Source: an uncultured bacterium (GTDB taxonomy: Bacteria; Desulfobacterota_D; UBA1144; Nemesobacterales; UBA2774). From it: a stretch of 64,000 nucleotides of DNA. The DNA lies in contig CAVPJU010000003.1 of NCBI GenBank assembly GCA_963705505.1, positions 192,001-256,000 of the forward strand, written 5' to 3'. Positions 8,115 to 17,084 of this stretch are shown piece after piece. Each line of letters opens with the position of its first letter. Positions within the stretch are counted from its first letter, which is position 1. The notes beneath the pieces are model-generated. The model had not been told where the DNA came from, made no database searches, and saw only the letters and a program-made list of their open reading frames with translations. A program made the translations under genes and the position numbers.

Positions 8115-10874
8115 ATGGGGATAATAATCAGGGAGAAGAAAGACCGGAGAGGACACGAAAGAATCCCCGTAAATTTTATCGTTTATTCCAGAAACACGGG
8201 AAAGGTGATGGGACAGGCAAGGGACCTTTCATCGAGAGGACTCTTTATACAAACGGAAGATGAATACGAACCGGGGACTAAACTCCTCCTCGAGTGCGAT
8301 CTCTCGGGCGCGCATCCGGTTAAAGCTTACTGCGAGGTCAGGAGATTCGAATCGAACGGAACCGGAGCGCACGGAATCGGGGTCGAATTCATAAACCTCT
8401 ACGAATCCGACAGGACCAAGCTGCTGAACTATATAGAGAGCAGTAAGAACAAACTCAATTCCGACGACTATTATTTATCCGATTTTAATGACATACCCGA
8501 CGATGACCTGTTTAAAAAGGCCGAGGTCTTCTGGCAATACAAACTGGACATGGAATCGAAGGGATACATAAGGTACAGAAGACCCCTTGCGTCGCCCTCC
8601 GCGCATAAAGTGATCATCGACGACGATTTCACGGGAAAGAAAAAAGAGATGATCATGATGGGGAGCAACAACTACCTTGGCCTCACTTCCCATCCGAAGG
8701 TAATCAAAATTGCAAAAGAAAAAATCGACAAATACGGCGCCGGAGCAGGGTCCGTCCCGCTCCTTGCCGGGACTTTCGACATACACAGACAGCTCGAGAT
8801 AAAACTCGCTGAGCTAAAAGGGTGTGAGGACGCGATCATATTCCCGAGCGGCTACGTAACTAATCTCGGATGCATACAGGCCCTCGTTAAGAACGAGGAC
8901 CTGGCCGTTATAGACAGGCTCGCCCACGCCAGCATCATCGACGGCTGTATGCTGTCCTCGGGGACGTTCAGGACGTTCAAGCATTCAGACGTCGACAGTC
9001 TCGAAAACGTGCTGAAGAGGAACCGTGACAACTTTAAAGGCAAGCTTGTAATCATAGACGGCGTCTATAGTATGGACGGGGACATAGCTCCCCTTCGTCA
9101 GATCACGGAGACCGCTCACAGGTACGGCGCCAAGATAATGGTCGATGAGGCTCACGCCACCGGTGTCATAGGGGATAAGGGAAGAGGAACGCCGAGCCAC
9201 TTCAAAATGAAGCCGGGCGAGGTAGATATAGTCATGGGGACACTGAGCAAATCCCTGGGCGGCATTGGCGGATTCATAGCCTCGACGAAAGAGGTCGTAA
9301 ACTATCTCAGGTACTATACGAGATCCTTCTTCTTTTCATCCAATTTCCCCCCTTCTGTCGCGGCCTCCGTGCTCGCCGCAATCGAGGTGATGGAGACGGA
9401 CAACTCGCTTCAGAAAAGCCTCTGGAGCAATATCAAATATATGAAGGAAAACCTGAAATCGATGGGATTTAAAACGGAACAGACAGAGTCCGCGATAATT
9501 CCCGTCATTATAGGGGACGAGCTCACTCAGAAAAAGATGAGCAGGAGATTCCACGAAGCCGGCATATATGTAAACGCGATCCCCCACCCCGCAGTGCCCA
9601 AAGGGCAGGAAAGGTTCAGGTTCAGCCTGATGGCTACTCACACGCGCGAGGACCTGGACAGGACGCTCGAAGTAGTCGAAAGCCTGGGAAGGGAATTCGG
9701 AATTATAGACAAGCCGGTTTCATTAAGCGTCCCCGAGGGTCAAAAATACACCGTGAAAGAGGTCTCCTCGAAGGAAGACATCGAAAATTCAGTCAGGTTC
9801 TCATGGAAAGTGTACAAGGACTATCCGGCATGGGTGCCCTATTTCCTGATAAAGGACCACGTAAAACTGATTTCGAACGATTACTTTTACTTCAGAAAGG
9901 TTTACGGAAAGAGGATCGTCGTCGAGGAGAACGGGGAGATAATCGGCACGGTAAGCGCATTCATAGATAATTATTACAACCGCTACCACGACACGAAAGT
10001 CGGATTCCTCGGGTTTTTCGAAGCCCTCCCGGACAAAGAAGAAGCAATAAGCCTTCTGCTGGATAGAGCCGAGGAATTTCTCGTAAGAGAGGGATGTACG
10101 GAACTGCAAGGGCCCGTGAACGGAATTTTCGGAATCTTCGGGGGCGGCCTGCTTTCGAGCAACTACGGCAAAATACCGTCATTCCTGCAGGTGTACACCC
10201 AGCCCTACTACCATGACTACTTCACGAATGCGGGATTCAGTCCGGTCAAAAAACTGCTCCATTACACCATAGACCTCAAATCACCCGACAACGTGAACGC
10301 GATAATGAAATACTCGCGGGAATCGTTGCCGCCGGATATAAAAATCAGGCAGATCAACAAATCCGATTGGGACAGAGAGGTACGGAGCGTCGTCAGAATT
10401 TTCAATGATTCCCTCGCTCATCTCTGGGGCAATGTTCCCTTCGATGCAGACGAATTCATAGAGTTCGCGGATGAGTTCAAGAGTCTGATCGTTCCCGACT
10501 ACTGGCTTATTGCAGAATCCGGCGGCGAAGCGATAGGCTTCATAGGGGGATTCCCGCAATACGCTTCCGTATTCAGGGGTTTAAACGGAGAGATCAAGCC
10601 ACACAAGCTGGTAACGCTGCCCCTCCAGTTGAGAGGCATCAAGGAAGGCGTTTTAATGATCATGGGTCTGCTGGACGAATATAAGGGAATGAGAATCGGC
10701 ACTATTCTCCTCAGCAAAGTCTGTGAGGCGATGATCGGGAACGGGTATGAAAAGGTGGCCGGCACATGGGTTCTGGAAGACAACTTAGGCTCGCGGCGTA
10801 TCGTGGAGAACCTGGGCGGAAAGGTCGACCTGCACTGGGAGATGTATTCAAAAATTCCGGCAATGAGTGAATAA
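8115..10874 (+). CDS. Fusion: PilZ + PLP alpha-oxoamine synthase (Spt/BioF/CqsA family) + YghO/bCerS-like GNAT region
   Basis: RGHER and DLSSRG PilZ motifs; GSNNYLGL, HASIIDG, DGVYSMDG, DEAH, GTLSKS (PLP Lys); C-terminal WKVYKDYPAWVP, GFLGFFE, GPVN, PYYHDY, WVLEDN; GGAGG SD before ATG 8115. Confidence 0.88.
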   Translation: MGIIIREKKDRRGHERIPVNFIVYSRNTGKVMGQARDLSSRGLFIQTEDEYEPGTKLLLECDLSGAHPVKAYCEVRRFESNGTGAHGIGVEFINLYESDRTKLLNYIESSKNKLNSDDYYLSDFNDIPDDDLFKKAEVFWQYKLDMESKGYIRYRRPLASPSAHKVIIDDDFTGKKKEMIMMGSNNYLGLTSHPKVIKIAKEKIDKYGAGAGSVPLLAGTFDIHRQLEIKLAELKGCEDAIIFPSGYVTNLGCIQALVKNEDLAVIDRLAHASIIDGCMLSSGTFRTFKHSDVDSLENVLKRNRDNFKGKLVIIDGVYSMDGDIAPLRQITETAHRYGAKIMVDEAHATGVIGDKGRGTPSHFKMKPGEVDIVMGTLSKSLGGIGGFIASTKEVVNYLRYYTRSFFFSSNFPPSVAASVLAAIEVMETDNSLQKSLWSNIKYMKENLKSMGFKTEQTESAIIPVIIGDELTQKKMSRRFHEAGIYVNAIPHPAVPKGQERFRFSLMATHTREDLDRTLEVVESLGREFGIIDKPVSLSVPEGQKYTVKEVSSKEDIENSVRFSWKVYKDYPAWVPYFLIKDHVKLISNDYFYFRKVYGKRIVVEENGEIIGTVSAFIDNYYNRYHDTKVGFLGFFEALPDKEEAISLLLDRAEEFLVREGCTELQGPVNGIFGIFGGGLLSSNYGKIPSFLQVYTQPYYHDYFTNAGFSPVKKLLHYTIDLKSPDNVNAIMKYSRESLPPDIKIRQINKSDWDREVRSVVRIFNDSLAHLWGNVPFDADEFIEFADEFKSLIVPDYWLIAESGGEAIGFIGGFPQYASVFRGLNGEIKPHKLVTLPLQLRGIKEGVLMIMGLLDEYKGMRIGTILLSKVCEAMIGNGYEKVAGTWVLEDNLGSRRIVENLGGKVDLHWEMYSKIPAMSE

Positions 10875-13452
10875 ACAAATGATTGACAGACAATTGTCCA
10901 TGTCGGAAGGGAACGGAACGAACATCCAGAAATCGATATTCAGTATTGTTGCGTTCGTTCTGCTCCTCTTCTGCATAGGGAATTTCCTATTAGGTCTCAA
11001 CAGGGTGAACAAACCCTACCCCGGATTTTTCTTCTATAAAAACCTCGTCATAACAGATATATCGCCGAAAACAGTCAACGGCGAGATGCTGAAAAGGTTT
11101 AAGGATAAATTAAAGGCAGTAAACGGTATACCTGTCAGAATCCCCGATGACGTATTTGAAATAATCGACAAAATCCCCGTGGGATCCCAAGTGGAATACA
11201 CGATACAGAGAAACAGTGATACATTCAGCGTTACCATCCCGATAGAGAAATTAGCACTAAAAGAGATGCTTCTCCTATTCGGAATCATATATGTGATAGG
11301 CATCGTGTTCCTTATCATCGGCGTGATGGTTCTTCAAAAGAAGCCTTACCTGAAGGCCAGTAAGGCGTTTTTCCTCTTCTGTGCTTCGATATGCGTATGG
11401 TTTGTCGGATCGTTCGACGCACAGGCTGTCTATTTATTCGACCAGCTGAGCTTCTTTTCCTGGATCTTCTGCCCGCTATTCGGAATATATCTGATGTTTA
11501 TTTTCCCGTCCGATACCAAACTGAAGGGAATGACGCACAATTTGGTGTCGATATTGTTTTTATTTATTTCAGCTATGCTTTTCGTTCTTCAGTTCATTTT
11601 CTTCTACAACTATGAAATATGGAAATACGTTAATACCGTAAGCTGGATTTACGTAGTCCTTAGCACCGTGATTTTCCCCATCTCTTCGCTCATGACCTAC
11701 ATGAATCCGTCGTCGGCGCTTGAAAAACAACGCGCGCAGATAATATTACTCGGCTGCATTTTCGGCTTGCTTGCCCCGGCTTCGGTGGTAGGCTGCATCA
11801 CGGTCTTTAAAATAAGCATGCCGTATAACCTGATGGCTCTCCCCGTGATAATTTTTCCCGTGTCCATCGCATACGCCATAGTAAAGCATAAGCTCTTCGA
11901 CATAGACGTAATCATAGAAAAGGCACTCACGTACGGACTCCTCACCGGAGCCGTGGGAGGCATCTTCGCACTCACGGTCCTGGGCTTCAACGTCGCCTTC
12001 GCCAAATACGGCGGATGGAAGAACCCGGCTTTCTTCGTTATCCTTAGCGGATTCCTAGTCATCGCCCTCAACCCCCTCAAGAACCGGATACAGGACCTAG
12101 TCGACCTGACATTTTTCAGAAAGAAGTACGATTACAGGGGGACGGTGGAGGAAGTGAGCTACGCCATGACGTCGCTCTTAAGCCTCGACAAGATAGTCGA
12201 TAAGATCATCGACATAGTCGAGAGCACCATGTTTTCAACTCCTGTCTCCGTATCCATATACAATCAGGACCTCGGAGCCTATGAGCAGTATTTGAAAGAA
12301 GGGGATATCCAAAGCCCGCCCGATATGACCGTCACTGAGGACAACATTCTGGTACAGCACCTTAATTATCACGGAAAGGAAATCTTCAGGGAAGACCTGA
12401 TTGCCGATGAGAGGTATATCCGCAACTCTCAGAAGCTTATGAGCGAGTTCGAGAGGTTCAATGCATCGCTTTTCATACCGCTCTTTTTCAAGAAGCAGCT
12501 GATAGGGTTCATCGCGCTCGGAGAAAAAAAGTCCGGGCTCTCCTACACGTCGCGCGACGTGATGCTGCTTAAGCTTCTTGCGAACCAGAGCGCGATAGCG
12601 ATCGAAAACGCCCTCGCATTCAAACTCGTCGAAGATTATGCGAAGAAGCTCGAAAAAACCAATAAGGAGCTCAAAGACGCGCAGACACAGCTCGTGCACG
12701 CGGAAAAGATGTCAGCGATCGGGCAGCTTGCCGCGGGCGTGGCCCACGAGATAAGGAACCCCTTAAACATAATCGAGGGGGCAAGGTACTACATATCCAC
12801 TTATATGATGGATAAAGAAAACACGGAGGTCGTCGGGGAATACCTCGATTATATAAAACACGAGGTGGACAGGACAAACAGGCTGATAGACAGCCTGCTC
12901 AAGTTCTCAAAAGCCGAACCGCCCTATTTCGAGAGTGTCAATATCAACAACGTACTCGAGAACGTCGTAATACTCGTACGGAAGCAGCTATCGGACAACA
13001 ATATAAATCTTGCTGTGAGGTTCGACGAAAACATCCCTCAGATCATGGCGGACCCGAACCAGCTCTGGCAGGTATTCATCAATATTATATTAAACGCCAT
13101 ACAGGCGATGCCAAAGGGCGGGGACATGACCATAGAGACTTCGACCAGGTGGGACGAATTCGCGAGCAGTGATAACCACCACATATACATACATTTCAAG
13201 GACACAGGCGTGGGAATAGACAAAAAAGATATCACGAAGATCTTCGATCCGTTTTTTACGAAAAAGGATATGGGAACCGGACTCGGACTCTCAATCGCCT
13301 ATAAGATTATAGAAAAACACCAAGGCAGAATAATAGTGGAGAGTGAGAAAGGGGCCGGGACAATATTTACGATTGAACTTCCATCAAATAACTATAATAT
13401 TACTGCGGGAGAGGAAGATGCCGAACACAAGGAAACGGGTGCTGGTTGTTGA
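10867..13452 (+). CDS. Membrane sensor histidine kinase (PDZ-like periplasmic domain, multi-TM bundle, GAF, HisKA-HATPase)
   Basis: DKLKAVNG..V...GSQVEYTIQR PDZ-like segment; many hydrophobic helices; PLFFKKQLIGFIALG..LANQSAIAIENA GAF; AHEIRNPL H-box; N/G1/F/G2 boxes; overlaps upstream stop; exact start uncertain. Confidence 0.9.
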   Translation: MNKQMIDRQLSMSEGNGTNIQKSIFSIVAFVLLLFCIGNFLLGLNRVNKPYPGFFFYKNLVITDISPKTVNGEMLKRFKDKLKAVNGIPVRIPDDVFEIIDKIPVGSQVEYTIQRNSDTFSVTIPIEKLALKEMLLLFGIIYVIGIVFLIIGVMVLQKKPYLKASKAFFLFCASICVWFVGSFDAQAVYLFDQLSFFSWIFCPLFGIYLMFIFPSDTKLKGMTHNLVSILFLFISAMLFVLQFIFFYNYEIWKYVNTVSWIYVVLSTVIFPISSLMTYMNPSSALEKQRAQIILLGCIFGLLAPASVVGCITVFKISMPYNLMALPVIIFPVSIAYAIVKHKLFDIDVIIEKALTYGLLTGAVGGIFALTVLGFNVAFAKYGGWKNPAFFVILSGFLVIALNPLKNRIQDLVDLTFFRKKYDYRGTVEEVSYAMTSLLSLDKIVDKIIDIVESTMFSTPVSVSIYNQDLGAYEQYLKEGDIQSPPDMTVTEDNILVQHLNYHGKEIFREDLIADERYIRNSQKLMSEFERFNASLFIPLFFKKQLIGFIALGEKKSGLSYTSRDVMLLKLLANQSAIAIENALAFKLVEDYAKKLEKTNKELKDAQTQLVHAEKMSAIGQLAAGVAHEIRNPLNIIEGARYYISTYMMDKENTEVVGEYLDYIKHEVDRTNRLIDSLLKFSKAEPPYFESVNINNVLENVVILVRKQLSDNNINLAVRFDENIPQIMADPNQLWQVFINIILNAIQAMPKGGDMTIETSTRWDEFASSDNHHIYIHFKDTGVGIDKKDITKIFDPFFTKKDMGTGLGLSIAYKIIEKHQGRIIVESEKGAGTIFTIELPSNNYNITAGEEDAEHKETGAGC

Positions 13453-15334
13453 CGACGAACAGCTCATACTCAAAATCATATCCGATATACTGACCAAGGA
13501 AGGATATGAGGTCATAGTCGCCAATAACTGCGAGAAGGCCGCAGAATACCTGAGGTCGTCTAATTTTAACGTGGTACTCTCGGATATAAAGATGCCCGTA
13601 AAAAGCGGCATAGACCTTCTTGAAGAAATCAAGAAGAAGGACCCAAATATCCCTGTCATCCTTATGACGGGTTTCGCCTCCCTCGAAACCGCCGTCGAGG
13701 CCGTCCAGAACGGAGCGTTCGATTATCTTATTAAACCGCTCGATTACGGCAAGCTCAAAAGCGTTATCGAACATGCCGCCGACAGGTACGAGCTCTACAG
13801 GGAGAACACGCGCCTGCTCAGCGATCTCAAAGAGCTGAACACCAACCTCGAGTTAAAGGTCAAAGAAAGGAACAGGCAGCTTGAGAACACCCTCAACAGC
13901 ACCATAGAAAGCATAATCACGACGGACAGGGACCTGACAATAGAGACTGCAAACCCGAAGTCTTCCGAAATATTCGGCAGGAACTGCGTAGGGGAGAAAC
14001 TGAGCCTTTTATTTCAAGGGATCAACTTCGATACAATAATTCCCAAAATCCTGAGTGATCCGTCGTATTCGACGAAACACGAAGTAAGGCACGACAATAA
14101 GTTCCTCGAAGTGACCCTTTCTCCTCTGATCGACTTCGAGACGAAAGAGATATTCGGAGTGATAGCCGCGACAGAAGATATAACGGAGAAGAAGAAACTC
14201 GAAGCTCAGCTCATACACTCCGCAAAGATGTCGGGCGTAGGCCAGCTGGCTGCGGGAGTCGCGCACGAATTCAACAACATTCTGTCGGGCATTATAGGCT
14301 ATACCAGCCTCGCGCTCACGAGACAGGACTTGGACAGCGCCAGGAAAGACCTGAAAGTCATCGAGAAGGCCTCGGACAGGGCGGTCGAAATAGTAAACAA
14401 GCTCCTTTCCTTCTCGAGGCAGAAAGGGGAGAAATTCCAGGTAGCGCAGATCGAGAGCGTCATAGACGACGCGCTCGGCCTGGTCGAACACACTTTCGAG
14501 ACCGAGGGCATAAGGATACTCAGGAGCTACGAGAAGGTCCCCGCTATAAGAATGAACCTGGGAGAGTTGCAGCAGGTTTTCCTCAATCTGGCGATAAATT
14601 CGAAACACGCCATGCCCCAGGGCGGCGCCATAGCCATCAGCACGAAGCTCGCCGGGAATTATGTAAGAATCGACTTCTCCGATACTGGAGTGGGCATCCC
14701 CCCTGAAAACCTGTCGAGGATATTCGAGCCGTTTTTTACGACAAAACTGAGCGAAGGCACAAAATCCGGCACGGGCCTCGGGCTATCGGTTATCTATGCG
14801 ATCATTGAAAGGCACGGCGGCCGCATCGATGTCTCAAGCGAGGTCAATAGAGGCACGACGTTCACGATCCTCCTCCCCAATATTCAGGCGGTTTCGAAGA
14901 CCCCGGAAGCGGAGCCGGCACAGAAAAGCCAGAACGGTAAAGTAATCGAGCTAAGGCGCAAAGGGAACGTCCTGATCGTCGACGACGAGGAATTCATCAG
15001 AGACATAGTGAGCGAATGCCTGTCGAGCACGGGGCACAATGTGATGACTGCAGGAAGCAGCGACCAGGCGATCGAGCTCATAAAAAAGAATCATTTCGAC
15101 ATCACGTTCCTTGATTTTTCCATGCCCAATAAAAGCGGCCTCGAGCTCCTCAGGGAAATAAAGGTCATAGACCCCAACTCCACAGTGGTCATTATCAGCT
15201 CAAGGCCCGAGGAGCAGCTCCCGGACGAGCTTTCGGACGAGGGTTCTTACAATATCATTAAGAAACCGTTCTCGGTGGACCAGATACAAAACGCGGTCTC
15301 CAGGGTTCTGGGGGCGGAGGCGATGAGCAGATAA
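13418..15334 (+). CDS. Hybrid kinase/response regulator REC-PAS-HisKA-HATPase-REC
   Basis: VLVVDDE..SDIKMP..KP; AHEFNNIL; DTGVG, GTGLGL; C-terminal LIVDDE..LDFSMP..KPF; ATG 13418 after GGAGAGG, overlaps upstream kinase. Confidence 0.92.
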   Translation: MPNTRKRVLVVDDEQLILKIISDILTKEGYEVIVANNCEKAAEYLRSSNFNVVLSDIKMPVKSGIDLLEEIKKKDPNIPVILMTGFASLETAVEAVQNGAFDYLIKPLDYGKLKSVIEHAADRYELYRENTRLLSDLKELNTNLELKVKERNRQLENTLNSTIESIITTDRDLTIETANPKSSEIFGRNCVGEKLSLLFQGINFDTIIPKILSDPSYSTKHEVRHDNKFLEVTLSPLIDFETKEIFGVIAATEDITEKKKLEAQLIHSAKMSGVGQLAAGVAHEFNNILSGIIGYTSLALTRQDLDSARKDLKVIEKASDRAVEIVNKLLSFSRQKGEKFQVAQIESVIDDALGLVEHTFETEGIRILRSYEKVPAIRMNLGELQQVFLNLAINSKHAMPQGGAIAISTKLAGNYVRIDFSDTGVGIPPENLSRIFEPFFTTKLSEGTKSGTGLGLSVIYAIIERHGGRIDVSSEVNRGTTFTILLPNIQAVSKTPEAEPAQKSQNGKVIELRRKGNVLIVDDEEFIRDIVSECLSSTGHNVMTAGSSDQAIELIKKNHFDITFLDFSMPNKSGLELLREIKVIDPNSTVVIISSRPEEQLPDELSDEGSYNIIKKPFSVDQIQNAVSRVLGAEAMSR

Positions 15335-15350
15335 ATTACCGCAGCCGGAC

Positions 15351-15713
15351 ATGGAAGAGTTTTCCCGTTTTTACTGTAAAATATTCGTGAATGAAAACGA
15401 GATATATTCCGGTGACCTCGGAGAGGTCCCCGAAAGGCTCAGGAAGGGAATGATCCGCGACTTAAGCGAATGGGCGGGCTCTCTCGGCAAGAGGGGCCTG
15501 AATGAACTAATTTATTCACACCTCGCCTGGTATGAGGAGAAAGGGACGTATTGCGAGACTTGCGGGGCATGGGCAAAGGACGATGACGGCGGGGAATGCG
15601 GGGAGTGCGGGCAAAAGTTCGGGGAGCGTTATATCCACGAGCGGAACAAGAGGCTCGATATGATTATTACATGCGTGGGAATGATTTCGAGCGTGCGAAT
15701 TTCGGAAATCTGA
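15351..15713 (+). CDS. Hypothetical protein with CxxC-x10-CxxC zinc ribbon
   Basis: CETC...CGEC; starts 16 nt after hybrid kinase stop. Confidence 0.65.
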   Translation: MEEFSRFYCKIFVNENEIYSGDLGEVPERLRKGMIRDLSEWAGSLGKRGLNELIYSHLAWYEEKGTYCETCGAWAKDDDGGECGECGQKFGERYIHERNKRLDMIITCVGMISSVRISEI

Positions 15714-15786
15714 ATAATAGAGACACCGGCTTCAGCCCGATAACGGCTGGGACGGAATGTCCGAATATCGAGGTAAGAGGTAAAAG

Positions 15787-16092
15787 ATGAAGCTGATTGT
15801 CAGAGGACAGATATTCCCGAAGGTATGGGAGATCGCAGAGGGCGTCAGGAAATTAAGAGAGGACAGAAAACCCGTTAACATAGGAGCGGGGACAGTCGGC
15901 TTCCCAGTCTATGAAGTCGAGCTTCCGGACGATACCAGAAAAGAGGGTTTATACTTTATTACTCCTCAGGGCATAAGACTCTATTTCTATCCCGGCGATC
16001 AGTATCAGATCGGATATCTGATCTCCGAGATCGACCGCGATCACTTGACCGAAAAACATTTTAAAGATACGGTCCATAACACGCCCTCCTGA
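15787..16092 (+). CDS. Hypothetical protein
   Basis: GAGGT SD, protein-like composition, fills the gap between genes. Confidence 0.6.
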   Translation: MKLIVRGQIFPKVWEIAEGVRKLREDRKPVNIGAGTVGFPVYEVELPDDTRKEGLYFITPQGIRLYFYPGDQYQIGYLISEIDRDHLTEKHFKDTVHNTPS

Positions 16093-16154
16093 GAATTCCG
16101 ACCCCGGCAAGCGGCTTTTGACTCCCAACCGGGGTGTATGTATTTTTATTTCAG

Positions 16155-17084
16155 ATGGAAAATCACGAACACGCTCACGAAATAAAAAACACGAAAGAAA
16201 AGAAAGCCCTGACGATAGTCCTGATACTCACCGCGTGCTTCATGATAGTGGAAGCGGTATCCGGATTCTACACCGGCAGTCTCGCCCTCCTCTCGGACGC
16301 GGCTCATATGCTGACGGACGTATTCGCGCTGTCCCTGGCTTATTTGGCTCTCTGGTTCTCCGTTAAACCGCCGACCCTCAGCAAAACCTTCGGGTTCTAC
16401 AGGGCGGAGATACTCGCCGCATTCATCAACGGAATCCTCCTCTTCGTAATCTCAGGAGGCATTATCGTAGAAGCGTACGAAAGGTTCAAGGTCCCTCAAG
16501 AGGTAAAAAGCCTCGAGATGACGGTTGTCGCAATCGTGGGGTTGATACTCAACATAGGCTCAGCCTATATACTGTCCGGGTATAAAAGCGGAAATCTAAA
16601 CATCAAGAGTGCGCTCTATCACGTCATAAGCGACGCCTTCGGCTCTGCGGGAGCCGTAGCCGCTGGCGTGGTGATGCTGATGACGGGCTGGTATTATGCG
16701 GACAGCATCATAAGCGTGCTCGTCTCGGTTCTTATATTGAGGAGCGCATGGGTTATTTTAAAGGAGTCGGTGCACATACTTCTCGAGGGTACACCGCGGG
16801 GAATAGACCTCAAAGCAGTTCAGAACACAATATGCGCCCACGAGGGAGTGCTTAGCGTGCACGACCTTCACGCATGGACGCTCACTCAGGGATTCGAAGC
16901 GCTGAGCGCTCACCTGGTCGTGGACGACATGCATAAAAGCGAAGCGCTAATAAGCGATATCAAAGACCAGCTGTCGGGGAAATTTCACATAACCCACGTA
17001 ACGCTTCAGCTGGAAACAAAAGAGTGCGGGTCCGCGAACAGCACCTGCTACGAAGACGCCTCGGAAGGAAAAGGAGCGGGATAG
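16155..17084 (+). CDS. czcD: Cation diffusion facilitator (CzcD/ZitB-like Zn/Co/Cd exporter)
   Basis: SLALLSDAAHMLTD, TFGFYRAEILAA, HVISD, HDLHAW, HVTLQLE. Confidence 0.9.
   Translation: MENHEHAHEIKNTKEKKALTIVLILTACFMIVEAVSGFYTGSLALLSDAAHMLTDVFALSLAYLALWFSVKPPTLSKTFGFYRAEILAAFINGILLFVISGGIIVEAYERFKVPQEVKSLEMTVVAIVGLILNIGSAYILSGYKSGNLNIKSALYHVISDAFGSAGAVAAGVVMLMTGWYYADSIISVLVSVLILRSAWVILKESVHILLEGTPRGIDLKAVQNTICAHEGVLSVHDLHAWTLTQGFEALSAHLVVDDMHKSEALISDIKDQLSGKFHITHVTLQLETKECGSANSTCYEDASEGKGAG

Noticed and set aside
8560..9700. Calling the oxoamine synthase plain bioF or kbl
   Set aside because: No bio or tdh genes adjacent, divergent substrate loop, and fusion to PilZ and GNAT regions; no gene symbol assigned.
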